Source: Dehalococcoidia bacterium (GTDB taxonomy: Bacteria; Chloroflexota; Dehalococcoidia; Lucifugimonadales; Australimonadaceae). Taken from it: DNA of 64,000 nt. The position numbers were made by a program, and so were the translations under genes. Below are positions 28,190-36,897 of the stretch, piece after piece. The stretch lies in the NCBI GenBank assembly GCA_965200975.1, contig OZ241740.1:1996244-2060243 (forward strand), in the 5' to 3' direction. Each line of letters opens with the position of its first letter. The first letter of the stretch is position 1. The notes beneath the pieces are model-generated. The model had not been told where the DNA came from, made no database searches, and worked only from the letters and a program-made list of their open reading frames with translations.

Positions 28190-29004
28190 GCCGCCCCCAA
28201 ACGGTACGGCTCCAGCAGCATCCGCACGTCCGTGTCCAGGCCCGGCCCCACGTAGAACGGCTCGAACGCCGGTGCCCGAGTCCATATCCGCGCCGCATTG
28301 ATCAGCGCCGCCCGCTCAACCGGCGCCGGCCACCGCACAATCGAGACAGCCGCATTGTCCGCATGCGCCAACGGCCTCGTCCCGTTCAATCCCCGCGTCA
28401 CGGTCAGCGTCTGCGACGACGCCCCGGCGACTAGCATTCGCTCCGCCCCGACGGCGATAGTCTGCCCCGCCGCAAAGTCCGCCGCCCGGTCGACGCTCAG
28501 AGCCTCCGCTGTGCTGCCCACTGCCCCGTCGAGCAGCGAGCCCGAGGGCTCCAGGCGCTCCCGGTACCCCCACAGCCCGGCGATGCGCACTCGGGCCTGA
28601 CCCCGCGAGAACTGCGTCCGCGGCCCCGGCGCTCGAGCGCGCACTGCGTTGTAGGGCGTCCCCCAGTGCGCGGTGGGCGCGGCGTTCAGCGGCAGCAGCT
28701 GATACGCCGACTCCTCCCAGACCGTCTCGTACTCGCCGTCGTCGTTCTCGTCGGTCGCCAGCGACGTAACCGCTATGAGGTCGGGCACGGTCAGCAGGCC
28801 GTCGCCGCTGCCGTCGAAGTAGCGCTCCGCCGTAATCGCGTAGAAGTGCCGGTTGCAGTAGTTGTCCACCGCCTCCGACGCCGCCAGGAGCAGCTGAAAC
28901 AGCGCCGTATCCGCCGAAAGGCCGCTTGCCGGATCGTCAAGCAGCGACGGGTCTTTCAGTTTGCTGAGGTCGCCGTACAGCGACCGGTGCGCCTCGATTG
29001 CCAT
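28186..29004 (-). CDS. phage head-tail connector (gp6-like) protein with C-terminal extension
   Basis: N-terminal ...ALFQLLLAASEAVDNYCNRHFY resembles the gp6-like connector motif. It sits downstream of the capsid gene. Confidence 0.5.
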   Translation of the reverse strand: MAIEAHRSLYGDLSKLKDPSLLDDPASGLSADTALFQLLLAASEAVDNYCNRHFYAITAERYFDGSGDGLLTVPDLIAVTSLATDENDDGEYETVWEESAYQLLPLNAAPTAHWGTPYNAVRARAPGPRTQFSRGQARVRIAGLWGYRERLEPSGSLLDGAVGSTAEALSVDRAADFAAGQTIAVGAERMLVAGASSQTLTVTRGLNGTRPLAHADNAAVSIVRWPAPVERAALINAARIWTRAPAFEPFYVGPGLDTDVRMLLEPYRLGAA

Positions 29005-29007
29005 GCC

Positions 29008-29469
29008 CTAACGCTCCTCGGTGTACTCGACTATCAGCTTGTGCGACGTCGCCGGCGCATACGTCCACCGTATGCTTAGCGGCTCGTTCCGGGCGCCCGC
29101 CGGCCCCGCGCCCCGCCCCCAGGTGCGCGTCGACCCTTGCCCCACGTCCGACACTCGCACGATAGCCACCGCCTTCCTCTCATTCGCTCCGATGCTGGCG
29201 CCCTCGCCAAAGTAGAGCTCGCAAAAGTGCAGGCCGTCGCTCGTAGTCTGGACGATCGTGAGGTTGATGAGCCGCAGCCGCTTCCCTCGCGAGGGCCGAA
29301 GCAGCGTCTGCCGGTCGGTCGACCGCCCCGGGTCGCTGAAGAAGAGCGACATCGTGTCCGAAAGGTCTTCCAGGTAGCCCGGGGTGTACCGGCGCAGCCC
29401 ATCCTGCCGGGCGGAACGCGGACGCACCGCAGGCGTGTATTCGCTTCTCGGTCTCGGTTGTGTCGTCAT
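29008..29469 (-). CDS. hypothetical phage protein
   Basis: In-frame ATG 29469 of ORF 29008..29664: MTTQPRPRSEYTP...LINLTIVQTTSDGLHFCELYFGEG. No family recognised. Confidence 0.5.
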   Translation of the reverse strand: MTTQPRPRSEYTPAVRPRSARQDGLRRYTPGYLEDLSDTMSLFFSDPGRSTDRQTLLRPSRGKRLRLINLTIVQTTSDGLHFCELYFGEGASIGANERKAVAIVRVSDVGQGSTRTWGRGAGPAGARNEPLSIRWTYAPATSHKLIVEYTEER

Positions 29470-29471
29470 CG

Positions 29472-29509
29472 CAAATGAAAAGCCCTCCGGCCTTCTCGAC
29501 CGGAGGGCT
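29472..29509 (-). terminator. Rho-independent terminator after the alpha/beta hydrolase gene
   Basis: The minus strand reads AGCCCTCCGG-tcgagaag-CCGGAGGGCT followed by TTTTCATTT. Confidence 0.8.
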
Positions 29510-29575
29510 CTCCCTCCCTTGATTCTGTGCTGTGCAGCAGCGCGCGTGCGCGTGCGATCGTTGCCCCGCCGCTCT

Positions 29576-30391
29576 CTACGCCAGCAGGAACTCCAGCGCC
29601 ATCTTGTTGAACTGCTCCGCCGCCTGCTGCGGCAGCATATGACCAACTCCCTCGAACGGCGCAAGCCGCGCGCCGGGGATCGCCGCAGCCGTCTGCTCCC
29701 CCATCTCGAACGCGTTCGTCTGGTCGTCCGTGCCCCAGCACACCAGCGTCGGCGCCTTGATGCGCGGCATCCGCCGCAGCGTGTTGTAGCGCGTGCGCGT
29801 GTCCGGATTCGTCATGTGCCGCATCACGCCCGCGAACGCCTCCGCGTGCCCCGGCAGCGAGTTCTTCCGAATGTACGGCGCCGCCACCTTCTCGAGGTTC
29901 ACCGTGCCTTCCGGGAACCGGTTCGCGAACTGCTCCCGGATCTGCTCTTCCGTCGGGACCTTGAACTCCACCATATTCTGCAGAGGACGCGTCGCCGTTC
30001 CCCCGCCTGCAACGTTCACCACCTTGTTTACGCGCTCCGGGCTCTCGTACGAAAGCAGCGTCACGATCCAGCCGCCCATCGAGTGGCCAATGAAGTTCGC
30101 CCGCTCTATGCCGAGAACATCCATCAACTCCCGAACATGGTCCACCAGGTACGCAAACGAGAACTCTTGCTGAAACACGTCGCCTACGCCCCAGTTCAGA
30201 CAGTCGATCGCGAACACGTGAAAGTGCTCCGACAATGGCCCGATGTTGCGCACCCACGACTCGCAGCCGCTCGTCCATCCCGCCCCGTGGATCAGGATCA
30301 CCGGGAATCCCGCGCCGGCTTCCCAATAGCGCGTCTTCCCGTGCGTCATCTCAGCGTACTTCTCCGTCCACACTCTCTCGGCAGTCGTCAT
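29576..30391 (-). CDS. alpha/beta hydrolase (meta-cleavage-product hydrolase-like)
   Basis: In-frame ATG 30391: MTTAERVW...VILIHGAGW...FIGHSMGG (nucleophile elbow GxSxG). Confidence 0.85.
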   Translation of the reverse strand: MTTAERVWTEKYAEMTHGKTRYWEAGAGFPVILIHGAGWTSGCESWVRNIGPLSEHFHVFAIDCLNWGVGDVFQQEFSFAYLVDHVRELMDVLGIERANFIGHSMGGWIVTLLSYESPERVNKVVNVAGGGTATRPLQNMVEFKVPTEEQIREQFANRFPEGTVNLEKVAAPYIRKNSLPGHAEAFAGVMRHMTNPDTRTRYNTLRRMPRIKAPTLVCWGTDDQTNAFEMGEQTAAAIPGARLAPFEGVGHMLPQQAAEQFNKMALEFLLA

Positions 30392-30577
30392 ACGCGCTCC
30401 CCTTGCAGCATTTTGTTGCGGTCGCCGGACGCATAACGCCGCGCCCCGGCGACCGTCTGCTAGCTTACACCAACCCGCGCGCACGCCTCCTCCCCCGGAG
30501 GGCGCGGAGGAGCGCTTGCTCCCCCGCGCCGCTTCCCCGCAACGGAGAAGACCCCGCCGCCCGGCGCGGCGACCGCC

Positions 30578-31903
30578 CTACGACCGCGCGATGTTGTACT
30601 GCAGCGCCGTATGCGTCGCCGTCGACCGGCTCCCCGTGCGCTCCGCAAACGCCGCGCGCATGCTCACCACCATCACGTTCTGACGCTTCTGGATATCCCG
30701 CTCCGTCTCGATCAGCAGCTCCCGCCTGAACCCCTTCCGCCACTGCGTGCGGTTCACCAGAAGCAACCGCCCCTTGTTCGACACGTTCCCCGCCGCCGTC
30801 ACCTTGCCGTCCGTGTCCGCCTCCTGCAGCTGCTCCGACACGATAACCGGCGTCCCTTCCACAGCTCCAAGCTGACCGGTCAGCAGCGTCGCGTGCGGCC
30901 CCAGCTTGTCCACCGTCTGGAAACCCTCGATTCCCACCGCCGCAATGTACGTGTTCACGTCCGTCACGAATGCAAGCTCCGACGGACGAAGCCCGTACTT
31001 CCCTATCTTCCGGCGCAGCTCATTGAACATATCGACCGACGCCGCGGCGTTATGGTTGTTCCGCATACTCGTGTTGTCCACAAGCGGCAGATGCAGGAGC
31101 CCGTCGAACCCGATGAGGAAGTGCGCCGAGCCCGCCGTCGTTTTCGCCAGCGTCCCACCGTCGTAGTTGACGTTCCCCGTCGTCGACTGGTCGGCGTTGA
31201 GGATGACGTCGTCGAGCACCTGAGCCGCGTTCCGCAGCAGCGTCGACCTCACCTCGGCCATCATCGCCGCCACGGAGTCCTCATCCAACTCATACGCCCA
31301 CGGCACCATCCCCACCAGCTCGTGAGCCGTAAGCGTCTGCTTCGCCGTCTTCAGGTCCGTCGCAGTCGCCGCGGTGTTCGCCGCGCCCGGGTACCAGTTC
31401 ACATCTCCCAGCTCCAGCGGAATGTCGAACGGGTTCGAGGGCATCGTCACCGTGTCGAACAGCGACGCCACCGCAGCCTCCGCGTTCACGTCCGCCCACA
31501 ACTGACGCGCCGCCTCCTGCGGCACCAGCTCGTCCCCCGCCCCTGCCGTCGTCGAGTCCATCGCCTTCGCGACGCTCTCCTCCCACGCCCGCAGCGACCG
31601 GGGATCGTAGTCCTGCGGACGGGCCTGCTGAGCCGCCAGCAGGCTCCGGGCGATCGCCACGTCCACCAGGTCGAAACCGTCGAACTTCCCGCCCCGGACG
31701 CGCGCCCGATCGTTCGTCGGACGTCCCAGCAGCGCCTCCCGGCGCGACGCGCGGTCGCGGTCGAGCGTGCGGCGGACCTCGCTCGCCAGCCGTTCCTGCT
31801 CCTCCCGCACGAGCGACAACTCGCGCGTGATCGGGTCGATCCGCTCCCGCACGAACTCCTGCGTCTGCACTATCTCCCGCTGCACTTCTTCGATCACCGT
31901 CAT
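30578..31903 (-). CDS. HK97-family phage major capsid protein with N-terminal coiled-coil (delta-like) domain
   Basis: ATG 31903 with RBS GGGGAGGA. Coiled-coil N-terminus, then ...ELVPQEAARQLWADV...PSNPFDIPL...AYELDEDS. Confidence 0.85.
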   Translation of the reverse strand: MTVIEEVQREIVQTQEFVRERIDPITRELSLVREEQERLASEVRRTLDRDRASRREALLGRPTNDRARVRGGKFDGFDLVDVAIARSLLAAQQARPQDYDPRSLRAWEESVAKAMDSTTAGAGDELVPQEAARQLWADVNAEAAVASLFDTVTMPSNPFDIPLELGDVNWYPGAANTAATATDLKTAKQTLTAHELVGMVPWAYELDEDSVAAMMAEVRSTLLRNAAQVLDDVILNADQSTTGNVNYDGGTLAKTTAGSAHFLIGFDGLLHLPLVDNTSMRNNHNAAASVDMFNELRRKIGKYGLRPSELAFVTDVNTYIAAVGIEGFQTVDKLGPHATLLTGQLGAVEGTPVIVSEQLQEADTDGKVTAAGNVSNKGRLLLVNRTQWRKGFRRELLIETERDIQKRQNVMVVSMRAAFAERTGSRSTATHTALQYNIARS

Positions 31904-32056
31904 ACGTCCTCCCCTACCTGTTGTTCTCTGCACTCGTCGCCGTCCCGGCCTTCTCTTCCGCCCTCCCCTCTGCGCGTCTGGGCCTGTTTCGTCTCGTCCG
32001 CCTCGCCCTCCTGTCTGTTCCCCTCACCCCCAACACGCCGCCCGCCGGCGAGCGGA

Positions 32057-32761
32057 CTACGCCACCAACCGCCGAAGCCGGCGAAGCTCCGCAATCAGCC
32101 GGCGCGCCGCTTCCGGATCGATCGAGTCCGGCGAGGGATCGAACGTGAATATCGACCGCAGCCGCGGCGCCGACACGACTCCGCCGTCGAGCGCCCGCGC
32201 CAGCGCGCCCGGGTTCGCCGGCACCGGCGCCGCGCTCAGCTCCAGCAGCTCCTGGCTCGTGTACTCGATCCCCTCGACCCCGCCGTCGCGCCCCTTCCGG
32301 AACGTGAACGCCCGCGGACGAAACCCGACGCTCACCGCCCGCAGAAACCGCTGCCGGTACAGCGTCTCCACCTCTCGCGCGAACTCTGTCGGCGCAAACT
32401 CGAGCGTCGCCACCAAGCGGCTCCCGTCGACGCCCACCCACGAACTCCGGCCTATCGGCGTTCGCGTGTAGTCGTGCGCCCACAGAAACACCGGGTTCCG
32501 CTTGTACGCCCGCAGATCCCAGCCGTCCGCCCGCACTACGTCCCCCAGACGGTCCACCGTCTCGTCCGACGCCACCACCGTCAGCGGACGCTCCTCGTTC
32601 GGCGACGATGCGTGGTTCACCACGAACTTCTGCACCACGGGAGCGTCGGCCATCCCCCGCCGGTACGCATCCAGCGACTCGTACAGCCGCTCACGCTCCC
32701 ACCGCTCCCGGTCGCTCTCCGACGGCGTCCCGCCGCCTGCCGACATCGTCGTACCCCTCAT
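32057..32761 (-). CDS. HK97-family prohead protease
   Basis: ...VFLWAHDYTRTPIGRS...LRAVSVGFRP.. typical of the prohead serine protease. RBS GGAGGA upstream. Confidence 0.85.
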   Translation of the reverse strand: MRGTTMSAGGGTPSESDRERWERERLYESLDAYRRGMADAPVVQKFVVNHASSPNEERPLTVVASDETVDRLGDVVRADGWDLRAYKRNPVFLWAHDYTRTPIGRSSWVGVDGSRLVATLEFAPTEFAREVETLYRQRFLRAVSVGFRPRAFTFRKGRDGGVEGIEYTSQELLELSAAPVPANPGALARALDGGVVSAPRLRSIFTFDPSPDSIDPEAARRLIAELRRLRRLVA

Positions 32762-32934
32762 CTGCGCTCCTCCATCAGTTGATCGGCTGACTACCCAGCC
32801 ACTTCGACGGCAAACAAAAACCCCGGCCCTCTCGAAAGGGGCCGGGGCTCATCCCCGACGCATCATCGGGCTCCTCGCCCGACGCAACCCAGCATACGTC
32901 CTTGAATGTCAGTTACGCAACAGCATTATGTCGC
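32692..32934. repeat. 243-bp direct repeat, left copy (protease 5' end + RBS + terminator hairpin)
   Basis: Matches 34143-34386 with a handful of mismatches and one 1-nt indel. Confidence 0.95.
32811..32847 (-). terminator. Rho-independent terminator (inside the left direct repeat)
   Basis: The minus strand reads CCCCGGCCCC-tttcgaga-GGGCCGGGG followed by TTTTTGTTTG. Confidence 0.8.
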
Positions 32935-32959
32935 GCTTACTCGTCCGTCCGCGCCGATG

Positions 32960-33229
32960 TCAAATCACTCCCTTCTCACGGAGAAGGGTCAGGTAGCCCT
33001 CGCGGCCCAGCGTGCAGGCAATTGCGTCGCGCAGTTGATCGTCGCTCAACTTCATCTGCTGGCGGATGCTGTGCTGCATCGGCAAGTCCCCGGAGGACTT
33101 CCATGAACGACGAGTGCGCGCTACGACTTTGCCGTCGACTTCGAGCCACGCGAACCGGTGATCGCCTGCTCTCGTCTGGTACCCAAACTTATTGACCAGC
33201 AGGTCGAACTCACGTGCTGAGAGTGGCAT
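32960..33229 (-). CDS. HicA-like toxin candidate
   Basis: ..EFDLLVNKFGYQTRAGDHRFAWLEVDGKVVARTRRSWKSSGDLP.. resembles the HicA pattern (G[SD]H ... H..gdl). Overlaps the upstream ORF by 20 nt. Confidence 0.4.
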   Translation of the reverse strand: MPLSAREFDLLVNKFGYQTRAGDHRFAWLEVDGKVVARTRRSWKSSGDLPMQHSIRQQMKLSDDQLRDAIACTLGREGYLTLLREKGVI

Positions 33230-33623
33230 CGGCCCTGCGGAGCTTGCGGTTGAGCGTAGCCTTCACGGCTGCCAGGTCGGCGCCAAGCCGGCCCTGCTCG
33301 GCCTCAAGCGTGAAGTAGAGTTGGGCAATTGCCGCCTGCAAGTCAGCGAGCGCCGCCGACACGCTGTCGCCGAACCCGAACTCTTTCAATTCCTCAGCTT
33401 CAACAACGACCGAACCAGCTTCCTCCTTCCAGGCGACCTCGAACGGTTCGACTACTCGCAAGCGGCCGTCACGGAGACTTCCCAAGGCGAACTCCCGGGG
33501 AAGCGGGGCCGCCTCGTACGGAGGAATAGCGGGTTCTACCATCTGGCCGAGGGGCGGATTTGAGGAACCTTGGGCGTTCTCATCGTCCAACTGCGGCGGG
33601 AGGGACTCAATGCGGGCTACCAT
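33210..33623 (-). CDS. HicB-like antitoxin candidate
   Basis: ..FEVAWKEEAGSVVVEAEELKEFGFGDSVSAALADLQAAIAQLY.. resembles the HicB N-terminal domain. The C-terminus is coiled-coil, not an obvious HTH/RHH. Confidence 0.4.
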   Translation of the reverse strand: MVARIESLPPQLDDENAQGSSNPPLGQMVEPAIPPYEAAPLPREFALGSLRDGRLRVVEPFEVAWKEEAGSVVVEAEELKEFGFGDSVSAALADLQAAIAQLYFTLEAEQGRLGADLAAVKATLNRKLRRADATLST

Positions 33624-33635
33624 GTTGCCTCCTCC

Positions 33636-34064
33636 TTACTTCTTTGGAACGGCGGGGCGCTGAACGGCATCGAAAAAAGTGGAGCCCAAGAACATCTGAT
33701 TGGCCCATATTTGAAACTCGTACCGGCCTGCCTCAGGGATGGGGACTGGCGAGAAGTCGACGAGGTAATCCGACGAAGCCAATCGATCACCGAAGTTCAT
33801 CTCTCCTTCAGCGCTGGTAAGAATCTCACCTGTACCTGTTCTGACGTACCTGATACTTACAGCATATCGCCCCTCGGCATCGGTAAGCTTAAGGTACACA
33901 GAGACTGGGCGCTTGGTCGGGAATTTATGGACGTTTACTCTGACGAAGATGCCTACCAGGTTCTTCTTCCCTGTGCTGGGATCGACCACGGCAGCATCGC
34001 ATACCAAGGCGGCTACCAGGAATGGCGTTACCTGGCTGAACGGCTGCTCCTCATCCTCGGACAT
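33636..34064 (-). CDS. hypothetical beta-rich protein (reminiscent of DUF6941-type proteins, low confidence)
   Basis: ORF with RBS AAGGAGG. ...PFLVAALVCDAAVVDPSTGKKNLVGIFVRVNVHKFP...; lower GC. Confidence 0.5.
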   Translation of the reverse strand: MSEDEEQPFSQVTPFLVAALVCDAAVVDPSTGKKNLVGIFVRVNVHKFPTKRPVSVYLKLTDAEGRYAVSIRYVRTGTGEILTSAEGEMNFGDRLASSDYLVDFSPVPIPEAGRYEFQIWANQMFLGSTFFDAVQRPAVPKK

Positions 34065-34142
34065 CTCTCAGTGCCTCCTTACCTTGGGTTTTACCATCGC
34101 ACCCCTCGCCGGTCAATTTGCCCCCCTGCCGCTACCCCAAGC

Positions 34143-34386
34143 CACGCTCCCACCGCTCCCGGTCGCTCTCCGACGGCGCCCCGCCGCCTGCCGACATCGT
34201 CGTACCCCTCATCTGCGCTCCTCCATCAAGTTGATCGGCTCACTACCCAGCAACTCCGCCGGCAAACAAAAACCCCGGCCCTCTCGAAAGGGGCCGGGGC
34301 TCATCCCCGACGCATCATCGGGCTCCTCGCCCGACGCAATCCAGCATACGTTCTTGAATGTCAGCTACGCAACAGCATTATGTCGC
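34143..34386. repeat. 243-bp direct repeat, right copy (carries a truncated protease 5' fragment)
   Basis: Matches 32692-32934. The protease fragment reads MRGTTMSAGGGAPSESDRERWER and is fused to GLG-stop. Confidence 0.95.
34264..34300 (-). terminator. Rho-independent terminator (inside the right direct repeat)
   Basis: Same hairpin and T-run as 32811-32847. Confidence 0.8.
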
Positions 34387-34422
34387 AGATAATAATCGCG
34401 GCGGCCAGTAAATCCAGACCGT

Positions 34423-34746
34423 TTACCCCGCAAGCTTGTCCTCGAGATCTTGTATCTGCCGCTCCAACGCCACCTCATGGTTCTTCAACCGGACCATAGC
34501 ATCTCCGTCGTCGCGATCGTACGCCCGCCAGAACTCTGTATCCACAGCCTCCTGCCTTGTGCGCAGAACGAACAACTCGTTCTCGATGTTGCTCTGCTCC
34601 TCCCACCGCTCCCGCAAGTGCGGGAATAGTCTGCGGAGGAAGAACCGGGCAATAGCTGTCGTCTGCGGCCATAGGCCAACGCGAAGGATCGCGAACATAA
34701 TGCCGAAGGCGATCAGCGTCGCCAGTACTGTCTGAACAGCCTCCAT
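34423..34746 (-). CDS. membrane-anchored coiled-coil protein
   Basis: ATG 34746 with RBS GAGGAGAG. MEAVQTVLATLIAFGIMFAILRVGLW (TM), then a coiled coil. ATGA overlap with the upstream ORF. Confidence 0.55.
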   Translation of the reverse strand: MEAVQTVLATLIAFGIMFAILRVGLWPQTTAIARFFLRRLFPHLRERWEEQSNIENELFVLRTRQEAVDTEFWRAYDRDDGDAMVRLKNHEVALERQIQDLEDKLAG

Positions 34747-35018
34747 CACTTCTCTCCTCTCGAAATACGCCGAGCTTCCTCTTGGGCCTCGCGCTGCACT
34801 CGCTTCCTCCACGCCTCTTGTTTGCTGTCGTGCACAACTGTGACGATTGCGATAACCAGCGCCGTTGCGATAGCAGCCCAGACGGTCCACATGCCTGTCG
34901 GTTCGATTCCGAACATCACTTGCCTTCCCTTCTTCTCTTGGCCGGGAAGGATCCCACGGCGCCACGCTTCGTTCACCAGATAATCGTAGAGCTCCTGATC
35001 GTCAACCATCCTCGACAC
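34746..35018 (-). CDS. small single-TM protein
   Basis: ORF 34746..35018 with a central TM, WTVWAAIATALVIAIVTVV. Lower GC. Confidence 0.5.
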   Translation of the reverse strand: MSRMVDDQELYDYLVNEAWRRGILPGQEKKGRQVMFGIEPTGMWTVWAAIATALVIAIVTVVHDSKQEAWRKRVQREAQEEARRISRGEK

Positions 35019-35031
35019 GGACGTCAGCCAC

Positions 35032-35060
35032 TTGACAACGATCGGTGCGTCTGCTATAGA
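35032..35060 (+). promoter_or_regulatory. sigma70-type promoter of the GIY-YIG gene
   Basis: TTGACA (35032-35037), 17-nt spacer, TATAGA (35055-35060), then RBS AGGAGG before ATG 35102. Confidence 0.55.
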
Positions 35061-35101
35061 TGACAGGGTAGTTCAAATCCCAAAACAGCAGGAGGCGCCT
35101 G

Positions 35102-35407
35102 ATGGGCATATTCAATCGAGGTAGGCCTAGCCGCCAGTCTCCACCAAAAGCTCCAGGGGAGTATCGGATCCGCGATAAGGATACCGGGAAGATTAAGTAC
35201 ATCGGCGAGACCAACAATCTGAGCCGACGAGTTAAAGAACACAATCGCGGAAGCTTCCCTTCCAAGGATAATGTGGCCGAATGGCAGCGAGCTGACCGCG
35301 ACAGCACATCCCAGGAGCGCCGGCTGCATGAGAAGCGCAAGATTGATCAGCACCAGCCGCCCATGAACCAGCGGCGGGGAGGCGGCGGCAGGATAGCGGA
35401 CCGCTAG
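35102..35407 (+). CDS. free-standing GIY-YIG nuclease
   Basis: PGEYRIRDKDTGKIKYIGETNNLSRRVKEH contains the GIY...YIG...R motifs. Opposite strand to the phage genes; low GC. Confidence 0.8.
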   Translation: MGIFNRGRPSRQSPPKAPGEYRIRDKDTGKIKYIGETNNLSRRVKEHNRGSFPSKDNVAEWQRADRDSTSQERRLHEKRKIDQHQPPMNQRRGGGGRIADR

Positions 35408-35666
35408 CTGCAGAGGGTGCGAGGCGACAGACAAAGCCCTTAAACCAACGAGGCCGGAGTGATTCCGGCCTCTGCCTCGTTCGCACATTTTGCCAATCTG
35501 CGCCTTAGTCCGGCGCACCTGTTCGCAGAGTTCCTTGGCCTGTCCTGTTTCGCTCATCCTTGGCTGAAGCGGGCTTTGCCTCCTCAAGATGCCTCAGTAG
35601 CAGATCTGCGGCCCCGATCAGGCGTATATCCCGCCCGCCTGCGCCAGTCGCCCTCTCCCCCTGCCA

Positions 35667-36842
35667 CTACCCCAAGCCACGCTCTGCGCGCGCCTCCTCG
35701 ACCGTCATGATCCCCGCCCGCACGAGCTCCACCTGACGCCGAGTCCGCTCCGTTTCCGTCTCCGACAACGCCTCAATCGACCCCAGGTCGAACCCTACCC
35801 GCAAGCCTTGCGCCTGCGGCCCCAGCCGCGGCAGCAGGCTCTCGTTCATCGCTCCCGCCAGAAACGTCAGCTCCGGCACAACCGTCTTCTCCCAGAACAT
35901 CCGGCGCGCCTCCCGCACATTGTTCAGCGTCGCGTGCGAGAAGTCCTCCAGCAACGGAAGCGGAACGCCATACACCCGCGCCACTCCCTCCAGCGCCCAG
36001 CGCAACCCCGAAAGCCACTCCATATCCCGCTGGTTCAATCCCAGGCGGTGCACCTCCCAGCCTTCCCCCGTCACTATCGGACGCTGCGCCCGCGACGTCC
36101 CCACGTGCCGCGCCTCCAGCCGCGAATAGAAGTCCGACACCTGATCGTCCGTCACCGGCCCCCGCGCCCGGAACACCAGGTCCTGCGGCTGCGCCCCGTT
36201 GCGGAAGAACTCCCGGTTGAACCGCAGCGCGTCCATCCCCATATCCGCCGTCAAGCGCGCTGCCGCCAGCGGCGCAAACCCGGCATACTCCTCCAGCGGA
36301 TTGAAGTACCGGAACCACACCACTTCCTCCGGAAGCAACGCCGACTCCTGCCCGTTCTCTTCGTAGACGAACCCCGCCACGTAACGCGACGAGTCCCGCA
36401 CCACCCGCACCCGGTCCGGACGCAGCGCCCACAGCTCGTCCGGCGTCCCCGCCCCGCCCTCCGAGCGCCCCAACCGCCAGAACGCCGCTCCCCACAGGCA
36501 CAGGTGCGTCTCCGTCGCAATCAACAGATCGCTCCGGCTCCACCAGCCGTTCACCCGGTCGAGCAGACGCTGCACCGGATGCTCCGGCCCAACCCAACGC
36601 TCGACCCCCGCAGCGTCCGTCCTGCGCACTTGCAACGGCGGACGCGACACCGCCTCCGCCCGCAGCTTCACCGCCGCGTACACGTCGACGCTGCGCGCGT
36701 AGTACTCCCCGTACGCAGACGACTGCCACTCCGGCCCAACCCCCGCGTCGCCCGAAACTCTCCGCAGCGCGGCCGGCGGCCGGCCAGCCCGCGCCTGCGC
36801 TCCCGCATTCCCGCCCAACAGACCACGCAACGTCCCCAGCAT
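35667..36842 (-). CDS. HK97-family phage portal protein
   Basis: In-frame ATG 36842 with RBS GAGGAGGA. ...YGEYYARSVDVYAAVKLRAEAV...LIATETHLCLWGAAFW.... Confidence 0.85.
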   Translation of the reverse strand: MLGTLRGLLGGNAGAQARAGRPPAALRRVSGDAGVGPEWQSSAYGEYYARSVDVYAAVKLRAEAVSRPPLQVRRTDAAGVERWVGPEHPVQRLLDRVNGWWSRSDLLIATETHLCLWGAAFWRLGRSEGGAGTPDELWALRPDRVRVVRDSSRYVAGFVYEENGQESALLPEEVVWFRYFNPLEEYAGFAPLAAARLTADMGMDALRFNREFFRNGAQPQDLVFRARGPVTDDQVSDFYSRLEARHVGTSRAQRPIVTGEGWEVHRLGLNQRDMEWLSGLRWALEGVARVYGVPLPLLEDFSHATLNNVREARRMFWEKTVVPELTFLAGAMNESLLPRLGPQAQGLRVGFDLGSIEALSETETERTRRQVELVRAGIMTVEEARAERGLG

Positions 36843-36897
36843 CGAACATCCTCCTCGCTCATTCCCTCCACCACTTATCCCCGGCGGCAAAGACCTC

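Noticed and set aside
35060-35082. tRNA-like T-loop string (GGTAGTTCAAATCCC)
   Set aside because: The flanking bases do not form a T-stem or an acceptor stem. The string lies between the -10 box and the RBS of the GIY-YIG gene.
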